Made by a program: the position numbers and the translations under genes | The notes under the pieces: model-generated | Databases searched by the model: none | What the model was told of the DNA's origin: nothing | The model's input: the letters and a program-made list of their open reading frames with translations, nothing else | In this document: positions 21,232 through 32,341 of the stretch, in pieces | Layout of the letters: every line of letters starts with the position of its first letter | How positions within the stretch are numbered: position 1 is the stretch's first letter | Source of the DNA: Candidatus Eiseniibacteriota bacterium | GTDB taxonomy: Bacteria > Eisenbacteria > RBG-16-71-46 | DNA: 64,000 bases | Assembly: GCA_963776245.1 (NCBI GenBank) | Contig: CAVZLN010000006.1 | Location: 64,001-128,000, forward strand | Direction of reading: 5' to 3'

Positions 21232-22969
21232 ATGGAACGCTCCGAGAACCGCCGCGCCGCCAGGACCACGCGTCGCGGGCACGACCTGCTGCGGGACCCG
21301 CTCACCAACAAGGGACTGGCGTTCACGCCCGAGGAGCGCCGCGCGCTGCGGCTGCGCGGGCTGCTGCCCGCCGCCCACCTCGGCATCGCGGAGCAGGCGG
21401 CGCTCGAGCTCGAGCACCTGCGCGCCAAGGCCACCGATCTCGAGAAGTACATCGGGCTGGCGGCGCTCCAGGACCGCAACGAGATGCTGTTCTACCACCT
21501 GCTGATCGAGAACATCGTCGAGTTCATGCCGATCGTGTACACCCCGGTGGTGGGCAAGGCGTGCCAGACCTACAGCCACATCTTCCGCCAGCCGCGCGGC
21601 GTGTGGCTCACGCCCGAGGACGAGGAATCGATCGCCGAGGTGCTGCGCAACTGCGGGCATGACGACGTGCGCCTGATCGTCGTGACCGACAACGAGCGCA
21701 TCCTGGGCCTCGGCGACCAGGGCGCGGGCGGCATGGGCATCCCGGTCGGCAAGCTCTCGCTCTACACCGCCGCGGCGGGCATCCACCCGGCGCAGTGCCT
21801 GCCGATCTCCCTCGACATCGGCACCAACAACGCCGAGTTGCTCAACGACCCGTACTACGTCGGCTACCGCCAGCGCCGCCTGCGCGGCGAGCGCTACGAC
21901 CGCTTCATCGAGGCGTTCGTGGAGGCGGTGCGCGAGGTGTTCCCCAAGGCGCTCCTGCAGTGGGAGGACTTCGCCAAGGACAACGCCTTCCGCCTGCTCG
22001 ATCGCTACCGCAAGCGGCTCACCTGCTTCAACGACGATATCCAGGGCACCTCGGCGGTCACGGTGTCGGGCCTGCTCGCCGCGCTGCGCATCACCGGCGG
22101 CACGCTCGAGGACCAGCGCATCGTGTACGCGGGCGCGGGCTCGGCCGGGGTCGGCATCGCGCGGCTGGTGCGCAGCGCCATGAGCGAGGGCTGCGCCGAC
22201 GCCGGCAAGGTCCGCCGCGCCCAGGTGTTGATCGATTCCCACGGCCTGGTGCGGGACGACGGCCATCCGCTGGACATCCCCAAGCGCGAGTTCGCGCTCA
22301 CCCGCGAGGAACAGGCCGCGTATGGCTTCACCGGCGAGGGGCCCTACGACCTGCTCCAGGTGGTCCGCAGCCATGAAGCCCACCATCCTCGTGGGCACCA
22401 GCGCCACCCCGGGGCTGTTCAGCCGCGAGGTGATCACCGAGATGGCGAGGCACGTCGAGCGCCCGGTCCTGTTCGCGCTCTCGAACCCCACCTCGAAGAG
22501 CGAGTGCACGCCCGAGGAGGCCATCACGTGGACGGAAGGCCGCGCCATCATCGCGACCGGGAGCCCGTTCCGCCCGGTGACCTTCGAGGGGGTCACCCAC
22601 CGCATCGGCCAGGGCAACAACGTGTTCATCTTCCCCGGCGTGGGGCTGGGCGCGATCCTGTCCGAGACGCGCGAGGTGACGGACTCGATGTTCCTGGTCG
22701 CGGCCAAGACCCTGGCGGCGTGCGTGACCGAGGAACAGCTCGCGTGCGGCCAGCTGTTCCCCGACGCCGACGGACTGCGTGACGTGAGCGCGCGCATCGC
22801 CGCAGCGGTGATCCGCGAGGCGCAGCGGCTGAATCTCGGCCGGCTCATCCCCGACGGGCTCATCGAGGAGCGCGTGAAGAGCGCGATGTGGCTTCCGGAG
22901 TATCCGATCTTCGAGCCCGGCACCCGCCGCGCCGGCCTCGAACACCTGGCCGTGGAGAGCGCCCACTGA
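21232..22969 (+). CDS. maeA: NAD(P)-dependent malic enzyme (frameshift ~22369)
   Basis: [38 protein letters not shown], then [11 protein letters not shown] and [10 protein letters not shown] in the second frame. Confidence 0.9.
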
Positions 22970-23907
22970 CGCCCGCCGACGCTTCCCCGGGCGGCGCCGC
23001 CCCCGTGGCGCCGCCCCCGGCACGCGCCTCCAGCGCCGCCGCGTGGGCGGCGTTCGCCGGCTGCTGCCTGATCTGGGGCAGCACCTTCCTCGTCATCTCG
23101 ATCGGCAACGATGCGCTCCCGCCGCTGTGGGCGGTGGCGCTGCGGCTCGGGCTCGCCGCGCTCCTGCTCACCGCCATCACCTACGCCCTCGGCCAGCGCC
23201 TGCCGCGCGGCGACGCGCTGCGGGCCGCCATCGGGTACGGCTTCCTCAATATGGGCGTGAGCATGACGCTGCTCTACTGGGCCGAGGTGAGCGTGCCCTC
23301 GGGACTGGTGGCCGTGCTCTACGCCACCATCCCGCTCACCACCGCGCTGTTCGCGCGCGCCGGCGGGCTCGAGCGGCTGGTGCCGCTCAAGCTGGCGGGC
23401 GCCGGGGTCGCGCTCGGCGGCGTGGCGCTGATCGTCGCCGGGAATTCCGGCGGCGCGCTCCACGCGCTGCCGGTGGCCGCCGCCGTGCTCGCCGCCACCT
23501 GCGCGTCGGCGTCCGGCGTGGTGCTCAAGCGCGGACCGCGACAGCCGCCGCTGCCCGCCAACGCGGTGGCCTCGTTCGCGGGATTCCTGGTGGCGCTGGT
23601 CGCGAGCTTCGCGGCGCGCGAGCCGCATCCGCTCCCGCTCACCGGCGCCGCGCTGTTCCCGGTGCTCTACCTGGTGGTCGCCGGGTCGATCGGGGCGTTC
23701 GGGCTCTACGCGTGGCTCGTCAACCATTGGCCGGTCACGCGCATCTCGTTCATCTCGGTGGTGGTCCCGGTGGTGGCGCTCACGCTGGGTGTGGCGTTCC
23801 GGGGCGAGCGCCTCGATCGCGTCGAGGTGCTCGGCTCCCTGCTGGTGATGGCCGGCCTCGCGCTCGCGCTCGCCTCCGACCGCCTGCGCCCGAAGCGCGC
23901 GGGCTGA
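22966..23907 (+). CDS. EamA/DMT-family transporter (start uncertain: CTG 22966 or GTG 23005)
   Basis: LIWGSTF...ALRL, about 10 TM helices, [22 protein letters not shown]. Confidence 0.85.
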   Translation: MTPADASPGGAAPVAPPPARASSAAAWAAFAGCCLIWGSTFLVISIGNDALPPLWAVALRLGLAALLLTAITYALGQRLPRGDALRAAIGYGFLNMGVSMTLLYWAEVSVPSGLVAVLYATIPLTTALFARAGGLERLVPLKLAGAGVALGGVALIVAGNSGGALHALPVAAAVLAATCASASGVVLKRGPRQPPLPANAVASFAGFLVALVASFAAREPHPLPLTGAALFPVLYLVVAGSIGAFGLYAWLVNHWPVTRISFISVVVPVVALTLGVAFRGERLDRVEVLGSLLVMAGLALALASDRLRPKRAG

Positions 23908-24032
23908 AGCCTTCCGCCGGCCCGCCGCCGCCGCACGCACACGCGGCGCGCGGGGCCCCGGCCGGGATGACGCGCGCAGGCGGCGGCGCTACGATGCGCG
24001 TCCACCGCGCTTCGCGGCCCGGAGGGCACACC

Positions 24033-25154
24033 ATGGACGCAACCGAGATCACGCGCGCCCACGAGGCGCTGGGCAGGGAACGCGACGGCGCCGTGCTCTA
24101 CCGGGCGCTCGCCGCGGCGGAGAAGGACGCGCGTCTCGCCGACGTGTACGCCCGCATGGCCGCGGCCGAGGAGCGCCACGCCGCGGTGTGGGTGGCGCGG
24201 CTCGAGGAGGCGCGCCAGCCGGTCCCGGCGCATCGCACCGCGTGGCGCACGCACGTGCTCGCGTGGGCGGCGAGGCGCTTCGGCGTGCCGGCGGTGCTGC
24301 CGGGGATCGCCGCCGCCGAGCGCTCCGACGCCGGCATCTACGACGCCACGCCGGGCGCCGCGCCGCTGGCGGCCGACGAGCACTCGCACGCGCGCCTGCT
24401 CGGCCATCTCTCCCACGCCGGCATGGGCGGACTCAGCGGCGGCGCGCTGGCGCAGCTCGAGGGCCGCCGCCACGCCGTGGGCGGGAACGCGCTGCGCGCC
24501 GCGGTGCTGGGCGCCAACGACGGGCTGGTCTCGAACCTCAGCCTGGTGATGGGCGTGGCCGGCGCCGCGATGCAGAGCCACGCCATCCTCGTCACCGGGC
24601 TCGCCGGCCTGCTCGCCGGCGCGTGCGCGATGGCGCTCGGCGAATGGCTCTCGGTGCAGTCCTCGCGCGAGCTCTACCAGCGCCAGGTCGGGCTCGAGCG
24701 CGAGGAGCTGGCGAACGCGCCCGAGGAGGAGCTCGAGGAGCTCGCGCTCATCTACCAGGCGCGCGGGCTCGACGAGGCCGAGGCGCGGCGCACCGCGGAA
24801 CGCATCCTCGCCGACCCCGAGGCGGCGGTGGACACGCTGGCGCGCGAGGAACTGGGCATCGACTCGGCCGAGCTCGGGGGCTCGGCGTGGGAGGCGGCGG
24901 TGACCTCCTTCGTGCTGTTCGCGCTCGGCGCCATCGGGCCGGTCGCGCCGTTCGCCTTCCTGCAGGGCACGCCCGCGGTCCTCACCAGCCTGGTGGTGAG
25001 CGCGGTGGGCCTGTTCACGATCGGCGCCGGGACCTCGCTCTTCACCGGCCGCCCGGTGTGGTTCTCGGGCGGGCGGATGGTGGTGTTCGGGCTCTCCGCG
25101 GCGGCCGTCACGTTCGGGATCGGCCGGCTCATCGGCGTGAGCGTCGGTGGATGA
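24033..25154 (+). CDS. VIT1/CCC1-family Fe/Mn transporter with N-terminal rubrerythrin/ferritin-like domain
   Basis: E..G...Y...EERH, then LRAAVLGANDGLVSN, AMALGEWLSV, AREELG. Confidence 0.9.
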   Translation: MDATEITRAHEALGRERDGAVLYRALAAAEKDARLADVYARMAAAEERHAAVWVARLEEARQPVPAHRTAWRTHVLAWAARRFGVPAVLPGIAAAERSDAGIYDATPGAAPLAADEHSHARLLGHLSHAGMGGLSGGALAQLEGRRHAVGGNALRAAVLGANDGLVSNLSLVMGVAGAAMQSHAILVTGLAGLLAGACAMALGEWLSVQSSRELYQRQVGLEREELANAPEEELEELALIYQARGLDEAEARRTAERILADPEAAVDTLAREELGIDSAELGGSAWEAAVTSFVLFALGAIGPVAPFAFLQGTPAVLTSLVVSAVGLFTIGAGTSLFTGRPVWFSGGRMVVFGLSAAAVTFGIGRLIGVSVGG

Positions 25155-25281
25155 ACGCGCGACCGCGGCGCATCCCGGGGCACGGATGATCGCCGCGCCG
25201 TGCGCCGCTCCCGTCCGGGGCTCGGATCGCGATTGAGGTCCCGGGCGAGCTGATCGCCCCAGCGCCTTGGGCGCGAACCGC

Positions 25282-27967
25282 TTACGGGTCGAGCGTGCCC
25301 GGCGCCACCCGCACTTCGAGGGTCTGGCGCTGCGGGGCCGCGTTGCCGCCGGTGAGCGTCACGGTGTAGCGCCCCGGGACCACGAACGCCGGCTGGTCGT
25401 TCCACTCCGGCCGCGGGATGCGGGCGCGCGGGTCACCCGTCACGAGGTCCCACGTCACCCGGTGCAGTCCCACCGAGCCCGGGCCCGTGAGCTTGCGCAC
25501 CACGTGTCCCGCGCTGTCGGCGATCGCGATGGACACCCCGTCCACGAGTTCGCGCGCGACATGGTAGTCCAGCAGCGCGCCGAACGGCGGGTTCTTGGCC
25601 GCGAACATGCGCTGGCCCCACGCGCCGCCGATCTCGCGGACGTGGAACGCGGTGGTCGGGCGCGGCGCGAACAGCGTGAGGGTGTCGTGCGCGGCGGTCG
25701 CGCCCCACTGCTCGAGCGCGCCGATGTCGTCCAGCACGTACACGCTGCGGCCATGCGTGCCCGCGATCAGGTCGCGCTCGCGCGGGTGGATGAGGATGTC
25801 GTCCACCGCCACGGTCGGTAGACCGCGGTCCATCTTGGTCCAGTGCCGGCCGTGATCGAGGGTGGCGAACAGTCCGGCCTCGGTGCCGGCGAACAGCAGC
25901 GCGGGCTGGAACGGGTCCTCGCGCACCACCTTCACCGGCACGCCGGCCGGCAGGTCCCCCACGATGGAGGTCCAGGTGCGGCCGAGGTCGTGCGTCACCA
26001 GCACGAACGGCGCGAGCTCGTCCGAGCGATGGCCGTCGATGGACAGATACGCGGTGCGGGCGTCGTGGTGCGAGGCCTCGATGCGGCTCACGTAGAGGCC
26101 GGGCGGCACGCCGCGCACGTTCCGGGTGAGATCGTCCCAGTTCGCGCCGCCGTCGGGGGTCACCCACACCTTGCCGTCGTCGGTGCCCACCCACACCTGC
26201 CCCCGCCGCAGCGGCGACTCGCTGAGCGTGGTGATGGTGCAGTAGGTCTCGGCGCCCGAGCCGCCGGTCACCATCCTGCGCGCGTCCTGCGTGGTCAGGT
26301 CGGGGCTCGCGGGCTCCCAGCGGTCGCCGTGCTCGGTGAGACGGAACAGGCGGTTGCCGCCCATCCACAGCACGCTCGGATCGTGCGGCGAGAGCGCGAA
26401 GGGCGTGTTCCAGTTGAAGCGGAACACCGGCTGGCCCTCCTTCGCCACCGGCCGCAGCACGCGCTTCTTGCCGCTCGCGAGATCGGTGCGGTTGAGCGAG
26501 CCGCCCTGCGACTCCCAGTACACCCGGTCGGGGTCGGTGGGATCCACCGCGACGTGGAATCCATCGCCGCCGCCGAGGCAGAACCAATGGTCATTGAGGA
26601 TGCCGAGGTGACGGTTCTCCTCCAGCCACGAGTCCACCTCGAAGCGCGTCCGGTTCGGGCCGCCCCACGTCTGGTTGTCCTGGAGCCCGCCGTAGATGAA
26701 GTAGGGATCGCGCATGTCCACCGCGAGGTTGTAGAACTCGCCGATGGCGAGGTTGTTCACGAAGTCCCAGTTCGCCGCGCGATCGTGGCTCACGAACAGG
26801 CCGCCGTCGGTGCCGAGCAGCACCCGTCCCCCGCCGCTGGGGTCCACCCACATCGCGTGCAGGTCCGGGTGGAGGTTGCGCGCGCCGCCGGCGCGGAAGG
26901 CGTGCCCGCCGTCGTCCGAGATCCACAGGTCGGTGCCGAGCAGGTAGACGCGCGTGCTGTCGTCGGGCTGGACGCGGATCTGCCCGAAGTAGAACGGCCG
27001 CGGCACCAGGTCGGTGAGTCGGCGCCAGTGCCCGCCCCCGTCGTCGCTGCGGAACACGCCGCCGGCGCGGCTCTTCTCCTCGAAGTCCGAGAGGTGACCG
27101 CCCTCGTCGGACTCCACCACGGCGAACACCACCCGCGGGTCCTTGCGCCACACCTCGAGCCCGATGCGGCCGGTGTGCGCGGGCAGGCCCTCGACGCACT
27201 TCGTCCACGTGCGCCCACCGTCGCGGGTGCGGAAGATGCCACCCGTCGTGCTCCCGCCCTCGTAGGACCACGGCGTGCGCCGGCGTGCGTACATCGCGGC
27301 GTAGAGGCGCTGGGGGTCTGAAGGGTCCATGACCAGGTCCACCGCGCCGGTGCGCGCGTCCACCCGGAGCACGTGCTGCCAGGTGCGCCCGCCGTCGGTG
27401 GTCTTGAACACCCCGCGCTCCGGGTTCTCGCCCCACAGCCGGCCGAGCGCGGCGACGTACACGGTGTTGCTGTCCGTGGGGTGGGTCACCACGCGCGCGA
27501 TCGTGCGCGTGGCGTCGAGCCCGAGATGCCGCCAGGTGGCGCCGCCGTCCACCGTGCGATAGACGCCGTTGCCCCACGACGAGGAGTTGCGGCTGTTGGC
27601 CTCGCCGGTGCCCACCCACACCACCGCCGGGTCCTTCTGCCAGATGCGCGACGTCGCCGATCGACGCGACCGGCTGGTCGTCGAACACCGCGGACCACGT
27701 GGTGCCGAGATTGGCGCTCTTGAACAGCCCGCCGGTGCCGAGCCCGAGCCAGATGGTGGCCGGCTGCTTCTCGACCACCGCGATGCTCGAGACGCGTCCT
27801 CCCATGTTGGCGGGCCCGACCGAGCGCCACGGGCGCTCCTTGAGCGTGCTGGCGTCGAAGGCGGCGGGGGTACGGCCCGCGCCCCGCGGTGCGGGTGCGG
27901 GCGCCGCGAGCGCCACGATCGAGACCGTGGAGAGCGCGACCGCGGCGAGGACGATGGGGCGCATCAT
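25282..27967 (-). CDS. Secreted VPS10/sortilin-like BNR-repeat beta-propeller protein (frameshift ~27645)
   Basis: Signal peptide, WRSVGPANMGGR, many S/T-x-D-G-G-x-T-W Asp-box repeats, GGLQDN, THGRS. Confidence 0.85.
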
Positions 27968-28028
27968 GGAAGGTCTCCTCCGCGGCACGCCGCGGTGGCC
28001 GGGTCGCGGCCGCCGCGGCACATGGGCC

Positions 28029-28538
28029 TCAGCGTGCGTCGGTGAGGGTCACCTGGAACACGAGCGTGGCCTTGGGCGGGATGAGGCCGCCGTAGCCGGC
28101 GTCGCCGTAGGCGAGCGGGGACGGGATGACGAGCTTCCGCCGTCCGCCCACCTTCATGCCCTCGATGCCCTGCTCCCACCCCTTGATGACCTGCCCGGCG
28201 CCCAGCCGGAAGACGATCGGCGCGCCGCGGGAGTACGACTGATCGAACACCTCGCCGCTCTCGAGCCGGCCGACGTAGTGCACCGAGACCGTCATGCCCG
28301 CCTTGGCCTCGGCCCCCGTGCCGATGGACGCGTCCCAGTAGCGCAGTCCGCTGCCGGTCGTGACCAGCGTACCGGTGACCTCCCAGACCGCGGTGTCGGT
28401 CGCGGCGACCACGGGTGCGGCGGGCGCGGCGGGCGCGGCCGGGGGCGCGCTCGACTCCGTCTTCGGCGCGCTCTTCGGCTGACAGCCGGCTAGCGCCAGC
28501 ACCGCCAGCACGGCGCACACGGCTGAGTGCTTCGTCAT
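28029..28538 (-). CDS. FKBP-type peptidyl-prolyl isomerase, lipoprotein
   Basis: Lipobox LAGC. SVHYVGRL, FDQS, VIKGWEQG, RKLVIPSPLAYG. Confidence 0.9.
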   Translation of the reverse strand: MTKHSAVCAVLAVLALAGCQPKSAPKTESSAPPAAPAAPAAPVVAATDTAVWEVTGTLVTTGSGLRYWDASIGTGAEAKAGMTVSVHYVGRLESGEVFDQSYSRGAPIVFRLGAGQVIKGWEQGIEGMKVGGRRKLVIPSPLAYGDAGYGGLIPPKATLVFQVTLTDAR

Positions 28539-28609
28539 GAGTGCCCTCTCCTCGGTCATCGGTCGTCTCGCCCGCCGGCCCGTTCGGACCGCCGCGCCCG
28601 CCGGCCGTC

Positions 28610-29095
28610 TCAACGCACGGCCAGCAACTCCACGTCGAACACCAGGGTCGCGTCGGGGGGGATCACTCCCCCGGCGGCGCCGCGCCTGCCGTAGCCCAGC
28701 TCGGAGGGGATGGTGAGCTTGCGCTTGCCGCCCACGCGCATCCCGGCCACGCCCTCGTCCCAGCCGCGGATGACCTGGCCCTCGCCGAGCTTGAACGTGA
28801 ACGGCCGGCCGGCATCGAGGCTGCTGTCGAACTTGGTGCCGTCGGTGAGCCAGCCGGTGTAGTGCACCGACACGTTCATGCCGGGCTCCGCCAGCTGGCC
28901 GGTGCCCACGACGAGGTCCACGTACTTGAGTCCATCCGGCATGATGACCTCTCTCGGGGCCTGGGGTGCGGCGGCGACCGGCGCTCCCGAAGACGCGCCG
29001 GCGGTGACGTCGGCGGGCCCGGAACCGGTGCGGGGGTGGCAGCCGGCCAGCGCGACCAGAGCGCAGAGCGCCATCCAGCTCTTGTTGCGGATCAT
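28610..29095 (-). CDS. FKBP-type peptidyl-prolyl isomerase, lipoprotein
   Basis: Lipobox [42 protein letters not shown]. Confidence 0.93.
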   Translation of the reverse strand: MIRNKSWMALCALVALAGCHPRTGSGPADVTAGASSGAPVAAAPQAPREVIMPDGLKYVDLVVGTGQLAEPGMNVSVHYTGWLTDGTKFDSSLDAGRPFTFKLGEGQVIRGWDEGVAGMRVGGKRKLTIPSELGYGRRGAAGGVIPPDATLVFDVELLAVR

Positions 29096-29337
29096 GCGGG
29101 GCTCCTTTGCGGATCGACGGAGAAAAGGGGAACGGTCGCGAACGGTCGCATATCGGAGCGACGGCATCAAGGCCCGGGCGGCGGGAGCGCCGGCGCCCGC
29201 GCCCCGCGCGGGTGGAAACGCGCACGGAAAGACTCCGCTGAAGCGCCGGGTGCTCCCCGCCGATACCTCCCCGGTATGGAAATGCGTGGCGCGTGCACCA
29301 CCGACGCGTCCGAGGCCCCTGGCCGGAGGATCCGGAG

Positions 29338-29790
29338 ATGAGCGAGATCAACAAAGTGGTGGCACATTTCACGAATGGCAAGCTCGTCAAGGGCGCCACC
29401 CAGGACTTCTTCCCCAACCGCCCCATCTTCCACGTGCTGATGGGGGGCGGCGAGCCGAGCGTCGAGATCCGCTGCAAGGAGCTCAAGGCGCTGTTCTTCG
29501 TGCGCGACCTGGCCGGCAATCCGAAGCGCCGCGACCTGCGCGGCTTCCTCGGCTCGCCGGTGGAGACCCGCCAGGGCAAGAAGCTCGCGGTGCTGTTCAA
29601 GGACGGCGAACTGCTGTGCGGCTACACGCTCACGTTCTCTCCCGATCGGGAGGGGTTCTTCATGTTCCCGTCCGACGCGGAGAGCAACAACATGCGCATC
29701 TACGTCCTGACGGCCGCATGCGCCGAGGTCAAGGCCGGCGCGTCCGCCGACCTGCTGGTGCAGCGGGTGCTCGCCACCCGCGCCGCCTGA
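29338..29790 (+). CDS. Conserved hypothetical protein (DUF6982-like)
   Basis: [38 protein letters not shown]...GFFMFP.D..SNN.RIYV. Confidence 0.7.
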   Translation: MSEINKVVAHFTNGKLVKGATQDFFPNRPIFHVLMGGGEPSVEIRCKELKALFFVRDLAGNPKRRDLRGFLGSPVETRQGKKLAVLFKDGELLCGYTLTFSPDREGFFMFPSDAESNNMRIYVLTAACAEVKAGASADLLVQRVLATRAA

Positions 29791-29835
29791 GGCCCGGACA
29801 CCTGCGGGCGACCGTCACCCGCGGCGAAACCGCGG

Positions 29836-29864
29836 TTGAAGTCCGCCCCCGGCTCGGGTAAGGT
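29836..29864 (+). promoter_or_regulatory. Putative sigma70-type promoter for the small basic ORF
   Basis: TTGAAG-17 bp-TAAGGT. Confidence 0.4.
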
Positions 29865-29918
29865 CGTCGCCCGCGCGCGCCCGGCGCGCACCGGCTCCAC
29901 CTCTCACCCGAGGGACCC

Positions 29919-30023
29919 ATGACCTCCTTCAAGCACCGGCTCCACCGCAAGCGCGCCAAGAAGGCCTCCAAGCGCAAGGCCGAGAAGGTCCGCGCCGCGA
30001 AGAAGGCGGCCGGCAAGCGCTAG
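29919..30023 (+). CDS. 34-aa highly basic small protein MTSFKHRLHRKRAKKASKRKAEKVRAAKKAAGKR
   Basis: Read directly from the DNA. GAGGGA RBS, every sense codon ends in G/C, occupies its own intergenic gap. Confidence 0.65.
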   Translation: MTSFKHRLHRKRAKKASKRKAEKVRAAKKAAGKR

Positions 30024-30037
30024 ACGCTCCCGCGGCC

Positions 30038-30787
30038 TCAGCGCGCCCGAGCGCGCAGCCACTGGATGTAGGCCCACAGCCGATCGAGGTCGCCGGGCGC
30101 GAGATGGCGCTCGAACGCCGGCATGCGCAGCGTGGCGCGCGCGAGGAAGTACCGCGCGCCGGGATTCGCCGCGAAGCGCCGGCTCACCCCCCGCTCCACC
30201 CACTCGCCGAAGTCCGCGCGGTCCCGCACCAGTTCGGCGAAGTCGCGTCCGTCCCACGACGGCACGTAGCCCTTGAACGAACCGGGGTTGCGCATCGCGA
30301 GCCGTCCGCCCGCTCCGTGACAGCCGGTGCACCCGAGCGCGTCGGCGCGCTCGAGCCCCGCGCGCGCCAGCGAATCGGCCGGCTCGGGCCTTCCGGCGCT
30401 CGCCTCGACGAACTCCACCAGGTCGTCGATCTCCCCCGGTCGCAGGCGGTGCGCGAACCCCGGCATGCGCAGCGCCCCCGCGGCGCTCTCGCGCTTCCAG
30501 GTCTCGCTCGCGGCGCGCGCGGCGCTCACGCCGTCCGCGATCCACTCGCGGGTCTCGGCCGGGGTCTTGGCGTACATCATCAGGTCGGCCTCGAACGTGG
30601 GGACCGTTCGATCGCTGCGGCCGGGGTTCGACGCGCCGCGCGTGCCTGCCGCGGTGTGGCAGGCGAAACAGCCGGCGCGCTCGGCGACCCGCCGTCCGCG
30701 CTCGGCCGCGGGCAGGTCGCGCCGCGACGCCCAGGCCGCGAACGCGACGACGGCGGCGGCGGCGAGCGCGAGGATCAGGCGGCGCAT
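30038..30787 (-). CDS. Diheme c-type cytochrome
   Basis: Signal/anchor peptide. Two repeated domains with CFACH and CTGCH, each followed by a distal LRMP Met. Confidence 0.85.
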   Translation of the reverse strand: MRRLILALAAAAVVAFAAWASRRDLPAAERGRRVAERAGCFACHTAAGTRGASNPGRSDRTVPTFEADLMMYAKTPAETREWIADGVSAARAASETWKRESAAGALRMPGFAHRLRPGEIDDLVEFVEASAGRPEPADSLARAGLERADALGCTGCHGAGGRLAMRNPGSFKGYVPSWDGRDFAELVRDRADFGEWVERGVSRRFAANPGARYFLARATLRMPAFERHLAPGDLDRLWAYIQWLRARAR

Positions 30788-30846
30788 GATGGAAGTCGGC
30801 GGCGCGGGGCGGGGCGCCGGGCGGCGCCCCGCTCTCCGCGGGAGGC

Positions 30847-31227
30847 CTACTTCTTCGCGAGCTTGACCGCGTCGACCTCGAGCGCCTTGATGCCCCCGCG
30901 CGCCATCACCGAGCCGGTGACCTCGACGAGGTCGCCCGCCAGCGCCTTCGCCTGGTTGAACGGGTCGGCGGTGTCGTGGCTCAGGGTGAGCAGGTAGAGC
31001 GTGCCGTCGGTGGCGAGCAGGCCCATCGGCATGCCCCCGGAGATGCACTTGGTCGCGCAGCTCTTGTGCTTCTCGCCCTTGGCCTCGTGGCCGAGGTAGC
31101 AGCCCATGTCCACGATCTCGCCCTTGAGCGTGACCGGTTTGCCGCCGCCCATGGACGCCGCGTGCGAGGCGTGGGCGGCGAGCGTGGCAACGGCGGCGAC
31201 GGCGAGGACGCTGAGGAAGCGCTTCAT
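30847..31227 (-). CDS. Small secreted Cys/His-containing protein of unknown function
   Basis: Signal peptide. TLKGEIVDMGCYL...H..CATKC...GMPMGLL..DG.LY. GGAGGAG RBS. Confidence 0.75.
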   Translation of the reverse strand: MKRFLSVLAVAAVATLAAHASHAASMGGGKPVTLKGEIVDMGCYLGHEAKGEKHKSCATKCISGGMPMGLLATDGTLYLLTLSHDTADPFNQAKALAGDLVEVTGSVMARGGIKALEVDAVKLAKK

Positions 31228-31392
31228 GGATCTCCTCCGGTTGTGGGGGGTCCGCCGGGCCCGGACCGCAGTCCGCCGACGTCATCACTGGAGAAGAGAT
31301 TCGCCCCGCGTGCCCCAGGTTCGAGCGCGGGCGAGGGAGCGCCAGAAATGACCGAACGCTGACCTCGCCGGCGCGCTGGTGCCGCGAGCGGA

Positions 31393-32121
31393 TCAGGTCA
31401 GCTCGAGCCACTTCAGGTCGAGGGCGCCGTACAGGCCGCCGCCCTGCCCGCCGAAGAGCTCCTGGCCGCGGCGCAGCGACTCCGACGGGATGTCCACCAC
31501 CGGCAGCCCGAGATCCTCCACCGCCGCGATGCGGGGCGTGGTCGGCAGCGAGAAGCGCTCGCTGGCCAGGTAGTCTTCGAATTCGTCGAGCGTCCACGCG
31601 AACAGCGCGTCCACCTCCCACACCAGCCGGACCTCCTTGCCGCGCGTGAGCTCGGGCGGGTCGTCGGGGCCGGCGGGCCGGAGCGTGCCGACCGCGCAGC
31701 AGTCGCATCCGAACCAGAACTCGGGCTCGCCTTCGAGCACCAGGCCGTGGGTCAGGCGCGCCTCGGTCGGGGCGTCCTTCCAGACGTTGGTGAGCAGTTC
31801 GCTGAGCGCGAACAGGTAGCGCAGCAGGGCCCGCGGATCGTCGCTGGCCGCGCCGCGCAGCCCGGTCGCCAGCACGCGCAGGTTGCGGATGGCCTCCAGC
31901 CGCACCCACGGGGAGCGGCGGTTGCAGAGCGCGGTGAGGTTCTTGAGGGTGCCGTCGAGCCGCTCGCGCGCCACCACGGTGAGGTCGGCGAACGTGCCGT
32001 CGCCCTTCTCGAGGAACTCGACGGTGCGCCGCATGGCCTGGTTCAGGGGCAGGTACGCCGCGCGGATCGAGGCCCAGTCCTCGGTCAGACGCTGCTTGGC
32101 GATGACATCCCAATCGGCCAT
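31393..32121 (-). CDS. Hypothetical protein (242 aa, CDCC motif)
   Basis: GGAGGGAGG RBS, host-like codons, globular composition. No family recognised. Confidence 0.7.
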   Translation of the reverse strand: MADWDVIAKQRLTEDWASIRAAYLPLNQAMRRTVEFLEKGDGTFADLTVVARERLDGTLKNLTALCNRRSPWVRLEAIRNLRVLATGLRGAASDDPRALLRYLFALSELLTNVWKDAPTEARLTHGLVLEGEPEFWFGCDCCAVGTLRPAGPDDPPELTRGKEVRLVWEVDALFAWTLDEFEDYLASERFSLPTTPRIAAVEDLGLPVVDIPSESLRRGQELFGGQGGGLYGALDLKWLELT

Positions 32122-32341
32122 TCGTTCCTCCCTCCGCGAGCCCGGTTCGATGCCGGCGCCGGCATGCGACCGGCCGCAGTATAGCCGTGCCCCGCCGCGC
32201 CCTCCAAGCGTGCCGGGACGCGGAGCGCGCCTCGCGCTCGCGGGCCGCCGGGCGCCGCCCGCGGGCCTGTGCTATCGTGGCGCCGCTTCTGTCCGGTCGC
32301 GCCCACGTCCCCCGCGCGGCTCATCCAGCCTGGAGGTCCCG

